Source: Candidatus Thorarchaeota archaeon (GTDB lineage: Archaea; Asgardarchaeota; Thorarchaeia; Thorarchaeales; Thorarchaeaceae). From it: 64,000 nucleotides of DNA. The notes under the pieces were generated by a model, which worked only from the letters and a program-made list of their open reading frames with translations, made no database searches and was not told the origin of the DNA. The DNA lies in NCBI GenBank assembly GCA_048884965.1, contig JBHLQH010000001.1:128001-192000 (forward strand), in the 5' to 3' direction. Positions 26,849-36,792 of the stretch are shown in pieces. Position 1 is the stretch's first letter. Every line of letters starts with the position of its first letter. A program made the position numbers and the translations under genes.

Positions 26849-27568
26849 CTACACCTTTCTTAAAACACCGACATAGAGATTCTTTGGACCGATTGTCTTG
26901 TCAAGATACCATCCAGCTTTCCTTGCTATTGCATCCATTTCTTCTGGAGTTGACATAAGTAAGTCCCACCAATCCGATTCAATACCTTGATATTCTATTT
27001 TTAGTGTCACCTGTCCTATGGGTCTTCCTCTCTCTCTGTTTCTTTGATGGTATGCTAGGTGAGCTGGGTCATCTGTTTCTCGAACATCTCGACTTTGAGC
27101 AAAGATTCTCGCATCAAGAGAAGTAATCTTGTAAAGGTCCCTAAGCATCTGTGCAGTCTTTTGTTCATTCCCTAGAATGCCAAAGTTGTTTCCAAACATT
27201 ATAACTGACTTGAAATCTGATCTACTGAATTTAATTTCTCCAGCCGACATTACATGAACATCATCTAGCCCTCGTAATTTGCATGTTTCGACAGCAAGTG
27301 GCGAGATATCTATTCCTGTATAGTCGACTTTGTTTCTCTGTAGATAGAGTCCTACACGTCCTGCTCCACATCCTATATCAAGGGCTGGACCTATCACCTC
27401 TCGAATTGCCAGTCGCTCTGAATGATGCCACTCGGAAATATCAGCAATCAAATAATTACCGGGCTGCGGAGTAACATGTCCATCATCTCGGATGATGTTA
27501 TGGTTAGCATCTTTTCCCTGAAACGCATCCTTCATTATCATACCAAATACGTCTGTCACATTCGCCAC
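26849..27568 (-). CDS. Class I SAM-dependent methyltransferase
   Basis: ALDIGCGAGR motif I, GIDISP and MFGNNFGI. Confidence 0.9.
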   Translation of the reverse strand: MANVTDVFGMIMKDAFQGKDANHNIIRDDGHVTPQPGNYLIADISEWHHSERLAIREVIGPALDIGCGAGRVGLYLQRNKVDYTGIDISPLAVETCKLRGLDDVHVMSAGEIKFSRSDFKSVIMFGNNFGILGNEQKTAQMLRDLYKITSLDARIFAQSRDVRETDDPAHLAYHQRNRERGRPIGQVTLKIEYQGIESDWWDLLMSTPEEMDAIARKAGWYLDKTIGPKNLYVGVLRKV

Positions 27569-27668
27569 ACTCTGTGTTCTTTGCCATACAATTGCGCTCT
27601 AAAAAGCGTTATATTGTATGGTATAGATTGGGTACAACAAGGTTTCGCTAGAAAAAGGAGGAACTGAA

Positions 27669-28358
27669 ATGACCGCGCCTGAAAAGAAAGACGCTGATCT
27701 GTTTATCTCCGTGTTTGGAGGAAAGAAGGATGATGTTAGTGATGCTTTGAAGCAAACTATTGGCGAGGAAGACGCACACTACTATCAGACTTGGGTCAAT
27801 GTATCCGTAATGAGACGACTTGGATTTCTATTCGTTGGAGGAGTAGAAAGTGCAGGAGGTATCTTCGATATTCTCTGTGTTCTTACCGTAGTGGCAGCCA
27901 TTCTTGCCCTTTTCATCTTCTGGCAAGTAATAGTAGTTGTAGCTGTGATTGCAGTTCTGACAATCTTTAGTGGAGGTGCTGCTCTTAAATTCCTTCGAGG
28001 TACGTTTATCGAAGCGTTAAGTGAGAAGATTACTTCTGACAAACTAGAATCCTTTGTTGTAGACCAAGTTGTAGGTGGAAACTTTGTTCAAGTACGAGCT
28101 CCTGAGAACTATGAAATAAACTATGCAACTCAGCAGGCTTCTTCAGCAACAAAGGTATTCAGGAGTGGTATCTACTTTGCACTCTTTATAGCCACGATAT
28201 TCATGATATTTGAGCTGGCATATTTCTTCCTAAATCAGGTCTGGATGACTAATTGGGAAGTCTTAGCGTTGTTTGGCTCTGGCTTTCTAATTGGCATAGT
28301 AGTGATGGATCTTGGAGTCCTTCTAAGACACCAACTTGCGAAGAAGGTTGAGTATTAA
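27669..28358 (+). CDS. Hypothetical membrane protein (4 TM)
   Basis: GGAGG RBS at 27657-27662 and two helical hairpins. Confidence 0.65.
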   Translation: MTAPEKKDADLFISVFGGKKDDVSDALKQTIGEEDAHYYQTWVNVSVMRRLGFLFVGGVESAGGIFDILCVLTVVAAILALFIFWQVIVVVAVIAVLTIFSGGAALKFLRGTFIEALSEKITSDKLESFVVDQVVGGNFVQVRAPENYEINYATQQASSATKVFRSGIYFALFIATIFMIFELAYFFLNQVWMTNWEVLALFGSGFLIGIVVMDLGVLLRHQLAKKVEY

Positions 28359-28410
28359 CTAGCGAACTGAAACATGTTAGGAGATTTGTATCAAAGGCGA
28401 TTGCTGCGAT

Positions 28411-29685
28411 TCAGATCACATCAAAAACAATCGCCCAAAACTCCCTTTCAGAAACACCAGTTCTGAGGGCTTTCAAGTCAGATTTGATTTTATCAAAGGA
28501 TTCCTTCGATTGATGTTTCTTGATGTCCTCGTGAGTTTGCTTTATTCTCTCAGTAATCTCTCGCGCTTGATCCTCTGATGCACTAACTCCACCCATCTTT
28601 AGCATATATTCAACAAAATGCCTGCCTACGAACTTTCCCAAGTGAAATTCCCTTCGTCTTCCCACTCGAAGAGGACTGATTGGTTCATACGTCATTGAGT
28701 GTGTAAGTTGACCGTGCGAATGGATACCACTTGAATGTGTAAAGGCATTGTCCCCAGAGATTGCCTTATGGAGAGGTAAGGGAATCATAAAGTGACGTTC
28801 GACAAGCTTGGAAAGTCTGAACATCTTCTCTGTTTCAATGCCTGTTCTTACGTCGTATAGCTCCTCAAGAGTCATCACAACTTCTTCCAATGCCGCATTG
28901 CCTGCTCTTTCGCCATATCCGTTCACACAAACATGTGCATATGTAGCACCTTCCTCAATGGCAGCTAGTGTGTTCGCATTGGCAAGACCAAAATCGTTGT
29001 GGCAATGAACTGCAATCGGCACCTTGTATTTGCTCTCTTTCCAAAGACGTGATTTGATTTCTTGCATTATATGTGTCATCACTCTTGGTCTGACAAAACC
29101 TACCGTGTCTGCGATGCATATCTTATCTGCACCTGCATCAATTGCTGCTCTATATGCGGTACAAAGGAACTCGATATCACTTCTCGTCGAATCCTCTGCG
29201 ATGTAGTCAATAGTCAGTCCATGTTCCTTACCATATTCTACGCAATGAACAAGACGATCGAGCATCTCTTCTCTTGACATTCTTAGCTGGTATTTTAATC
29301 GAAAGTCGGATGTCGCGATGAAGATTGGGACCTCTGACACACCAGCTTCGATACATGCATCGATATCTTCGATCACAGCTCTTGCGGGAGCCGCTACTAT
29401 AGCATGGCGAAGCCCTTCCTTAGCAATAGCAGTAACAGCTTTCTTCTCAGCGGTAGAAACAGCTGGGAAACCTGCTGCGACGATTGCAACTCCTATATCA
29501 TCAAGCATCTTGGCTATCTGGATCTTCTCATCAATCGTTAGAGCTACACCGGGTGTTTGCTCTCCGTCTCTCAGAGTCTCATCCCAGATGAAAACCTGCT
29601 TTGGAAGGCTCTCTGGTTTTGTACCAGGCTCCTTATTGTAATTGACAGCAAGACCTGCCTTTTCTAGGGACTCCATCTGTTTCAT
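28411..29685 (-). CDS. DRE-TIM 2-isopropylmalate/homocitrate/citramalate synthase family enzyme lacking the C-terminal regulatory domain
   Basis: DETLRDGEQTPG, ADTVG, HCHNDFGLA.AN, NG.GERAGNA and H.SGIH motifs. At 424 aa it is too short to carry the LeuA allosteric domain. Confidence 0.9.
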   Translation of the reverse strand: MKQMESLEKAGLAVNYNKEPGTKPESLPKQVFIWDETLRDGEQTPGVALTIDEKIQIAKMLDDIGVAIVAAGFPAVSTAEKKAVTAIAKEGLRHAIVAAPARAVIEDIDACIEAGVSEVPIFIATSDFRLKYQLRMSREEMLDRLVHCVEYGKEHGLTIDYIAEDSTRSDIEFLCTAYRAAIDAGADKICIADTVGFVRPRVMTHIMQEIKSRLWKESKYKVPIAVHCHNDFGLANANTLAAIEEGATYAHVCVNGYGERAGNAALEEVVMTLEELYDVRTGIETEKMFRLSKLVERHFMIPLPLHKAISGDNAFTHSSGIHSHGQLTHSMTYEPISPLRVGRRREFHLGKFVGRHFVEYMLKMGGVSASEDQAREITERIKQTHEDIKKHQSKESFDKIKSDLKALRTGVSEREFWAIVFDVI

Positions 29686-29720
29686 CTCCGCGACAGAAGA
29701 TAGGCAGCACCAAGGCTGCC

Positions 29721-30269
29721 CTACTCAAATCTGTATTGTCCGAAGTTAGATATTTTGTTTGCATCATTCTCAAGGGATTTCATCATACTATCGTAATCCT
29801 CTTGTGATACTTCACCTTTATCAAAAGATTTTTTCGCCTTTCCTTTCTTATAATCAATCTTTGCCATAGCAATATGATTGAGCCTAAGTGATGTAATCAC
29901 CTTTGGCATAGCTCCAGTCCTTTCAGCGATTCCTTTGAGCAATGGAGCCCAGCAGATTTCCTCTACATGGAAGGCAAACTCAAGACCTTTCTCTAGGATT
30001 CTGTTCCATAGCGGACATTCCTTTACTGAAATCTCAGAACCAGTGACTTCAACTTTCAGACCCATTGCATCCATGATTTGACCCGCAATCCTTGCAGAAT
30101 CGTTTGGTCCTGATCCTCCAATCGCCTCTGCGGCTTCATTGCCAAGCTGCCTGAATCCATTCTCATAGCCTTCATACATCGATAATGGTCCAGTGTTATC
30201 ACGCAAGCCCCACCATAATCCATCGAGGAATGAAACAAAGCTCATTCGCAGAAGTTCTAGTTGATCCAT
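29721..30269 (-). CDS. Hypothetical protein, V4R/methanogen-output-like domain with SHOCT-like C-terminus
   Basis: V.ECPLW...IC motif and C-terminal FDKGEVSQEDYDSMMKSLE. Confidence 0.5.
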   Translation of the reverse strand: MDQLELLRMSFVSFLDGLWWGLRDNTGPLSMYEGYENGFRQLGNEAAEAIGGSGPNDSARIAGQIMDAMGLKVEVTGSEISVKECPLWNRILEKGLEFAFHVEEICWAPLLKGIAERTGAMPKVITSLRLNHIAMAKIDYKKGKAKKSFDKGEVSQEDYDSMMKSLENDANKISNFGQYRFE

Positions 30270-31024
30270 TACTTACCCTCCTTTGAAAATGGATTTCCCC
30301 ATTTATTGAGAAATGCAATTTCCTCTGGTCCTTGACGTGGTGGTCCCAGTGTTCTCTCAGCTATTGGGTATCCCAAAGTGAGACACAGGATTGGAACCCA
30401 GTGTGGGTATGGAATACCGAGTTTCTCAGAAATAGCTCCTACATCATCAAAGTGATCCAATTGAACCGATGATACACAGCTTCCAACACCTAGTGAAGCT
30501 GCAGCGACGGCCATATTTTGCATCATCATTGACCCTGCGATAACTGCATGACGAGGTCCTGACCAACCATACACGCCACCTGTACCTCGTAATGTGGGCT
30601 GTGAGTTACCAACGTGCGTTTGATCGATGGCAAGAACTAGCAAGACCGGTGCTCCATTCGTTTCAGGTTTGCCTTTGATATATTCAAATCGAGCTCCTGA
30701 GATTAGGATATCAATCGTCCTCTCTAAACTTGCTTTCGATTCTATGTAGCTTAGTCTGCGTTCAAGTTCCTCCCGAGGAGTTGCCCGACCAAATAGCAGA
30801 ACCGTCCTCTCCACGGCAATCTGTCCAATGAATTCCTGTAAGGCTTTATCACGAACAACAATCACGCGCCAAGGTTGCTGGTTCTCTGCACTGGGAGCGA
30901 ACCCGCCAGCTTCAATGATCTTATACACAATCTCGTCAGGCACATCCTTGGATGTGACATAGTCCCTGATTGCCCGACGATTCTTAATCGTATGAATAGT
31001 TTCGTTGTCTTCCAACGATGACAC
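30269..31024 (-). CDS. Nitroreductase family protein
   Basis: RRAIRDY, APSAENQQPW and QNM.VAA.SLGVGSC, LGYP. Confidence 0.9.
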   Translation of the reverse strand: MSSLEDNETIHTIKNRRAIRDYVTSKDVPDEIVYKIIEAGGFAPSAENQQPWRVIVVRDKALQEFIGQIAVERTVLLFGRATPREELERRLSYIESKASLERTIDILISGARFEYIKGKPETNGAPVLLVLAIDQTHVGNSQPTLRGTGGVYGWSGPRHAVIAGSMMMQNMAVAAASLGVGSCVSSVQLDHFDDVGAISEKLGIPYPHWVPILCLTLGYPIAERTLGPPRQGPEEIAFLNKWGNPFSKEGK

Positions 31025-31094
31025 TTCTCCGGTCAGTGATAGCGAGCCGAAGAAATTCCCTCTTAAGTACGTAACCCTTCTACTTTGAGATCCC

Positions 31095-31880
31095 TCAACC
31101 TGTGCTCCCTCTTCGTCTGGTCATTGTCAACGCCTTTTCTGGACATGTTGAAACACAGAGTCCACATCCCACACATTTTGACGTATCTACATTCAGCATA
31201 TCCTTCAATAATGAATGGACTCCAAAATGGCAGCGTGAGACGCATTTACCGCATGAGGAACACTTCTGCTCATCCTTTAGAATAATGAAGTGGGAGCTTA
31301 TTGCTGTATTTTGAATTCCATACCTTATCGCACTGTTAAGCATCACACAGCAACATGGACAACAATTGCAAATCACATAGAAATAGCTGGAAGACGGGGC
31401 TGTTATGAGCTGATGAACTAGTCCCGATTCATTCGCCTTTTTGATGATAGCTTCTACTTCTTCAACAGTAGCATCTTTGGTAGGCATTCGTGTTGATAAT
31501 TCTGATAGGCTCTCAGCTGTTCCTACATGAATGCAAGTCCACACATCATTGTTACAATTCTTGTATTTGTTCCGACAGTAGCAGTAGCCAATACTCAGCT
31601 TCTCCACTCTTCTTACAATGCCCAAGATTTCATCTGATGGAGATACAAGATTCCTAGAGTCAATACTTACGTTCAGAGGAATCACTTTGCTACCATAGAT
31701 CTTGGTCATTCCATGCATCAAGTGTTTGTAGAAGTCTAGTGGTGTATTATGATGCAGCCATGCAAAAAAATCAAGCAATGGAACCTCAAGTAGTCCAAAG
31801 AAAGCTGAAAAAGCCTTCCCAATTCTGGGATATCCCATCAGATAGTTGTATACATATTGGAAACGCCTACCTACACCCAT
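31095..31880 (-). CDS. 4Fe-4S cluster-binding protein
   Basis: CYCR...C...C, GLVH, ICNCCPCCC and a C-terminal 2x[4Fe-4S] domain (CSSCGKCVSRC, CVGCGLCVSTC). Confidence 0.9.
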   Translation of the reverse strand: MGVGRRFQYVYNYLMGYPRIGKAFSAFFGLLEVPLLDFFAWLHHNTPLDFYKHLMHGMTKIYGSKVIPLNVSIDSRNLVSPSDEILGIVRRVEKLSIGYCYCRNKYKNCNNDVWTCIHVGTAESLSELSTRMPTKDATVEEVEAIIKKANESGLVHQLITAPSSSYFYVICNCCPCCCVMLNSAIRYGIQNTAISSHFIILKDEQKCSSCGKCVSRCHFGVHSLLKDMLNVDTSKCVGCGLCVSTCPEKALTMTRRRGSTG

Positions 31881-31918
31881 CCGATTAGTCCCACCTATGC
31901 AAGAGAAGAAAAAGGACG

Positions 31919-31942
31919 AAGGCTGCAGATATTTGCAGCCTT
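31919..31942 (-). terminator. Hairpin terminator downstream of acyl-CoA dehydrogenase
   Basis: AAGGCTGCA-gatatt-TGCAGCCTT 9-bp stem with T-runs on both strands. Confidence 0.65.
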
Positions 31943-31953
31943 TTTGCGTCTAT

Positions 31954-33156
31954 CTAGATTATTGGCGCATCTCGACCGTCGTACTTGACGTGGAATCCAG
32001 TATCAAGATTAACGGACTCCTTGAGAATAGTATTGCCAGCAACTAGTCTTTGTACTTCGTTTGTCCCTTCGTAGATTTGTAGAAGCTTTGCATCACGCAT
32101 CAGTTTCTCGGCAGGATATTCCTTAATGTAGCCATATCCTCCCATGATTTGAATTGCCTCGATAGCATTCTGCATTGCAGCATCACTAGCGAAGAACTTT
32201 GCATATGAGGAATCCTTTGAGTTTGGTATATCCAGATCAGCCATCCATGCTGCTCTACGTGTAAGCAGTCTTGCTGCAGCAGTTCGTGCACCCATATCTG
32301 CGAGCTTGAAGCTTATTCCTTGGAATCGGCCAATTGGTTGACCAAATTGATGACGTACATTAGCAAACTTGGCAGCTTCATCCATGGCTCTCTGTGCGAC
32401 ACCTGTAGCAATTGCTGCGATACCAGCTCGGGTCTTATCGAGTGTGAGCATGGCGATTTTGAATCCTTCTCCTTCTTTCCCAACCAAGCATTCCTTGGGA
32501 ACTCGAGCGTCCTCAAAGATAACTTCGCTTTGAATGGAGTTCAGCTGTCCGACCTTATTTTCGATCACTCCGATCTTAGTGGCCTTGCTCTTTGGAACCA
32601 TGAATACAGATAGACCCTTGTGCTTGAGCTCTGGCTGGGTTGAAGCGAATACTGTGAACAGCGATGCGACTGGTGCATTGGTAATCCAGCATTTTACGCC
32701 ATTAATGAGATAATCATCGCCATCTCTTTCTGCTCTGGTCGCTACTGCAGCTGCATCAGATCCTGCTTTCCGTTCAGTAAGACAGAATGCACCAAACTTG
32801 ACTTCCTTTCCTGTAATGAGAGGTTCAATGTATTCTTGCAGCTGTTCGACTGTCGCTCCTATCACTAATGGTGCGAAGGCAAGGTTGTTGCACATGATAC
32901 TAGTTGCCATTCCCGCACAGCCATACCCCGTTGCCTCAGAGACCAATGTTTCAGAGAAAAGCGAAAGTCCTGGTCCTCCAGCATCCACTGGGATGTGAAG
33001 GTTCATCAGACCCGCTTCATATGCCTTCTGAACCACTTCCTTGGGGAATTCGTTCCGTTTCTCAAGCTCGTGTGCTCTAGGAGTGATATACTCACGTGTA
33101 AACTCCTTTGCTCGTTTCTCGAGCTTCTCGTCCTTTTCAGATAGTGAGAAGTCCAT
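31954..33156 (-). CDS. Acyl-CoA dehydrogenase
   Basis: FCLTE..AGSD, LINGVKCWITN, R.QFG.PI..FQ, Q..GGYGY..EYP.EKLMRDAK..QIYEGTNEVQR. Confidence 0.95.
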   Translation of the reverse strand: MDFSLSEKDEKLEKRAKEFTREYITPRAHELEKRNEFPKEVVQKAYEAGLMNLHIPVDAGGPGLSLFSETLVSEATGYGCAGMATSIMCNNLAFAPLVIGATVEQLQEYIEPLITGKEVKFGAFCLTERKAGSDAAAVATRAERDGDDYLINGVKCWITNAPVASLFTVFASTQPELKHKGLSVFMVPKSKATKIGVIENKVGQLNSIQSEVIFEDARVPKECLVGKEGEGFKIAMLTLDKTRAGIAAIATGVAQRAMDEAAKFANVRHQFGQPIGRFQGISFKLADMGARTAAARLLTRRAAWMADLDIPNSKDSSYAKFFASDAAMQNAIEAIQIMGGYGYIKEYPAEKLMRDAKLLQIYEGTNEVQRLVAGNTILKESVNLDTGFHVKYDGRDAPII

Positions 33157-33291
33157 GGTTTGTCAACTCAACGACTGTTCCCTGAAACACTCCCCTATAA
33201 CAGCTTCGGAGTGAATTCTTTGCCGACTGGTATGTTTTTATATCGCCTTTTGTCGATGCGGCATATCATTTACACAAGGGAGAAAGATAAT

Positions 33292-34464
33292 TTGCCCCTG
33301 AATAATACGAACATAGTAAGCGGTGCTCAGACAAAATTCGGAGTATTGGAAGGAATTAGCCTGAGAGAGATGTTTGCTGAAGCCGTGGATAAGGCTACCA
33401 TTGAAGCAGGGATACCGAAAGAGGATATCCAAGCTGCGTTCATTGGGACGTTTATCCCGGAGATGCTAGTTCATCAGGGACACACAGCTCCTCTCCTGTT
33501 GGATTTCGCTGGCTTGAAGGGCATACCAGCAACACGGCATGAGGCAGCATGTGCTTCCGGAGCAACAGCTCTAAGAGCTGGCATCATGGCAATAGAATCA
33601 GGGCTTTATGATACAGTCCTTGTTGCTGGTGCAGAGAAGATGACATCAGTTTCCACGAATCGAGCAACGGAAGCATTAGCCGCAGCGGCTGATGATGACT
33701 TCGAATCATCTATGGGCCTTACTTTTCCTGGTGTATTCGGAATCGCGGCAGTTGCTCATATGCAAATGTATGGCACGACCGAAGAGGATATGGCGCGTTG
33801 TGCGGTCAAAGCTCACAAGAACGCAGCAACGAATCCTCTTGCGCAATTCCAGAAAGAGATCACACTGGAGAAAGCTATGACACCTCGATACATCGCATGG
33901 CCTCTGAAACTTTTCGACTGCTCACCTATCTCTGATGGAGCAGCAGCGCTTGTTCTCAGCTCCAATGAGAAAGCCAAGAAATACACTGACCTTCCTGTCA
34001 AGATTGTCGGAAGTGGTCAAGCCTCTGCCTCGATGAACCTCTGTGATAGGGACCAGTTGACCTCATTTGAAGCAACTGTCAAAGCAAGCAGGTCCGCCTA
34101 CGATATGGCGGGGATGACCGCGAAGGATATGGACTTCGCTGTAGTTCACGATTGCTTCACCATTGCTGAAATCATTGCATCCGAAGACATCGGCTTCTTC
34201 AAGCCTGGCGAAGGTGCAAAGGCTGTACGTGATGGCGTGACTGAACGGGATGGTGACAAACCCATCAACCCAATGGGAGGTCTCAAAGGCGTAGGTCACC
34301 CAGTTGGTGCAACGGGAGTTAAGCAAGCATATGTCGTATACAAAGAATTGCTGGGTGAAGCCGGAGCTAACCAGATTCCGAAACACGATACGGGTCTTAT
34401 GCACAACTTCGGAGGTACAGGAGCAACTTGTGTGGTCAACATCATGAGGAGGGCTGACGCATGA
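33292..34464 (+). CDS. Archaeal/SCP2-type thiolase (acetyl-CoA acetyltransferase)
   Basis: EAACASG, HDCF, GHPVGATG and HNFGG motifs. TTG start at 33292 follows a GGGAG RBS (track start 33160). Confidence 0.92.
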   Translation: MPLNNTNIVSGAQTKFGVLEGISLREMFAEAVDKATIEAGIPKEDIQAAFIGTFIPEMLVHQGHTAPLLLDFAGLKGIPATRHEAACASGATALRAGIMAIESGLYDTVLVAGAEKMTSVSTNRATEALAAAADDDFESSMGLTFPGVFGIAAVAHMQMYGTTEEDMARCAVKAHKNAATNPLAQFQKEITLEKAMTPRYIAWPLKLFDCSPISDGAAALVLSSNEKAKKYTDLPVKIVGSGQASASMNLCDRDQLTSFEATVKASRSAYDMAGMTAKDMDFAVVHDCFTIAEIIASEDIGFFKPGEGAKAVRDGVTERDGDKPINPMGGLKGVGHPVGATGVKQAYVVYKELLGEAGANQIPKHDTGLMHNFGGTGATCVVNIMRRADA

Positions 34465-34850
34465 GTGAGAAACCATCAGTAGACGCCTATAAGCAATTCA
34501 TAAAGAGTGAGGATTTCCACGCATACAAATGCGTTGACTGCGGTGCTGTCATTGCACCTCCATCAGGCTCATGCTATACCTGTGGAAGCAGTAATATGGA
34601 ATGGACGACTGTCAAAGGAACTGGAAAGCTTGTTTCCTTTACGATCATTCATATCGCACCTGAGGAGTTCCAAACCGAAGCTCCCTATTACATAGGTATC
34701 GTTGAGCTAGATGAGGGAACTCGGGTAACTTGTAGACTCAAGGGATTCGATCCTGAGAATCCGACATCTGTGCGACTTGGCACACCAGTAGTCATCGACT
34801 ATGAGCATGGAGAGTCTGGTAACACCTATCTTGCTTTCAGACCTGCCTAG
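34461..34850 (+). CDS. DUF35 Zn-ribbon/OB-fold thiolase partner protein
   Basis: CVDCG...PP...CYTCGS, G.GKLVSFT.IH..P..F and PY.IGIVELDEG; overlaps the thiolase stop (ATGA). Confidence 0.92.
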   Translation: MSEKPSVDAYKQFIKSEDFHAYKCVDCGAVIAPPSGSCYTCGSSNMEWTTVKGTGKLVSFTIIHIAPEEFQTEAPYYIGIVELDEGTRVTCRLKGFDPENPTSVRLGTPVVIDYEHGESGNTYLAFRPA

Positions 34851-34860
34851 TTCACAACTG

Positions 34861-34902
34861 AGTAGGAACAGTCATGAGAAACCTTCTTGACTGTTCACTA
34901 CT
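34861..34902 (+). terminator. Hairpin after the thiolase-DUF35 operon
   Basis: AGTAG-GAACAGTCA...TGACTGTTC-A-CTACT inverted repeat. Confidence 0.55.
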
Positions 34903-34935
34903 TCGAGTTTATTACTCTATACAAGAATATGGATT

Positions 34936-35913
34936 TTGATCACAATGGTCGAGAAGCCTCATTTAGAACACATTCGTATTTCTCCAAAGAAGCTCACGTT
35001 CAACTTGGTAGACCGAAATCTCGTAGCTTGGTACGATGAAGGACTCTTGAAAAAACACCTTCCTCCAACCTCTGGCGTAGAGTCGGCAGACATGAACTTG
35101 GTAAAGGGACTCTCCAAATACCTTCCTGAAGACACAAAGGAGGCTCTGGAATCCACCGAATTCGTCAATGTTTTTGGAAGAGCAGTGCAGAGGAAGGACA
35201 AGAAAGGCCCGCTCTGTCTGCAATACCTCTACGTTTGGGACTATCAAGCCGTGCCGCTTCATGAGGCTGACTACGAACCTATCTATGTGTATATTGAGAA
35301 TGACCAGCGATACGCAATTTATGATCTCGTACACTATTGTACCCGTAGGATAGATTTAGGACCACTGGGGCAAGATGGTCCTGGTCTGCATGTCGTTCCG
35401 GGTTGGCATTCTTTCTTGCCTGCGACCTTGAAGTCTTCACAGATAGATAGTGGTCTTCGCGTGATCCCCCTTTCAGATCAACATCTAAACTCTTGGTGGA
35501 ACATTCCCCATGAATCTACAAGATTGAAGATAGATGGACACATGCAGAATCCATTCGGACTGAAAACACCTGGTCACTTCATGGATACACCCGACGAAGA
35601 AGCGCGTACAATGTGTTGCACATTCAAGGAAATAGAAGGTGCATTCAAAGACTTCGAAAACCCAAGAGATGCCATCATTGAAGGGTTCAAACGAGCATTC
35701 GCCAGATGTATTGGGATTTTTGCACTGCATCGACTCCCTGCGTTCATTACCTTGCTGAACGAGATGAACGACGTTGGTATGATTACAGTACCTCCTGCTC
35801 TTAAACAAGGATTGAACATAGCATCAATAGGATCTTTCTTATCAGGCGGCCTAGTCACGCTGACCGAGAAAGGAAAGAGCTTTCTTGAGGGGTTGAAAGA
35901 CGAATCCGAGTGA
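34936..35913 (+). CDS. Hypothetical protein with Vps62/NPP1-like motif
   Basis: LQYLYVWDYQ...HEADYEPIYVYI and HVVPGWHSF. Confidence 0.55.
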   Translation: MITMVEKPHLEHIRISPKKLTFNLVDRNLVAWYDEGLLKKHLPPTSGVESADMNLVKGLSKYLPEDTKEALESTEFVNVFGRAVQRKDKKGPLCLQYLYVWDYQAVPLHEADYEPIYVYIENDQRYAIYDLVHYCTRRIDLGPLGQDGPGLHVVPGWHSFLPATLKSSQIDSGLRVIPLSDQHLNSWWNIPHESTRLKIDGHMQNPFGLKTPGHFMDTPDEEARTMCCTFKEIEGAFKDFENPRDAIIEGFKRAFARCIGIFALHRLPAFITLLNEMNDVGMITVPPALKQGLNIASIGSFLSGGLVTLTEKGKSFLEGLKDESE

Positions 35914-35918
35914 GCCGA

Positions 35919-36773
35919 TTATTGGTAGATAGAATCACTCTTTTCATGATCAGCTGTTCTGCTTTCGCTCTTATCCTTTCGAAACTTTACCTTTGACCAA
36001 TCAATTCTAAGAACCAGATAGATACCAATTACTAGTATTAGAAGAGCAACTACTTCGATTGACTTTGTCAATGGATTTGTAGGATCCCCGATGACAAAGG
36101 ATTCTACAAATGATAATCCTAGCCTTCCTGCCCACGCTATTATTATCAGAAACATGCACTTACCGATTAACTGAGGTATCAATACCTTCTGGAACGGATA
36201 TCTCGCAACTCCCAGAGGTATCACTACAACATCATCAGGTACAGGTGTTAATGCTAAGAACCATAGAACGAAAGGTGTCATCCTCGGGTATTTCTTCACG
36301 AAGTCCAAGAATCCACTACGCTGTTCCTGATTGACAAATCGAGACCCAAATCGGCCGAGGAGATACCCTGTCATCTCTCCTAGTGTCGCTCCGATACCTC
36401 CAATGATACCCAGTAGCCAAGGATCAAAGAAGAATGGTCCTGAAACTCCTGCACTCGCTCCTCCAAGGAGAAATATGACCGCAATGTATGGAAATGGAAA
36501 GAGCACTGTTACATTTCCCAGTAGAGAAACAAGGAATGCGCCTGGGTATCCGATGAACAATGAAAGACTCTGAATCCAGTAGTAGAGACTAACCAATGGT
36601 CCGGTGAGATCCACGAATATCAAAATAAGAATCCAGTACACCATTATCAAGCAGATAGATATCAACAAGACCTGGTCAATTCTTCTCATCAGCTTCGCCT
36701 CCATAGTGAGCGTTATGTGTGAATATGTGTTTTCCCCTTCTGATTTGACAACCTTAAGTAGCTGAAGTAACAC
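35919..36773 (-). CDS. DedA/VTT (SNARE-associated, TMEM41-like) membrane protein
   Basis: G.GATLGE.TGY.LGR, LTPVPDD.V.IP.G..RY and L.GK motifs. The true start is probably ATG 36704 or 36689. Confidence 0.85.
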   Translation of the reverse strand: MLLQLLKVVKSEGENTYSHITLTMEAKLMRRIDQVLLISICLIMVYWILILIFVDLTGPLVSLYYWIQSLSLFIGYPGAFLVSLLGNVTVLFPFPYIAVIFLLGGASAGVSGPFFFDPWLLGIIGGIGATLGEMTGYLLGRFGSRFVNQEQRSGFLDFVKKYPRMTPFVLWFLALTPVPDDVVVIPLGVARYPFQKVLIPQLIGKCMFLIIIAWAGRLGLSFVESFVIGDPTNPLTKSIEVVALLILVIGIYLVLRIDWSKVKFRKDKSESRTADHEKSDSIYQ

Positions 36774-36792
36774 GTATTTTTAGGACGGAGAT

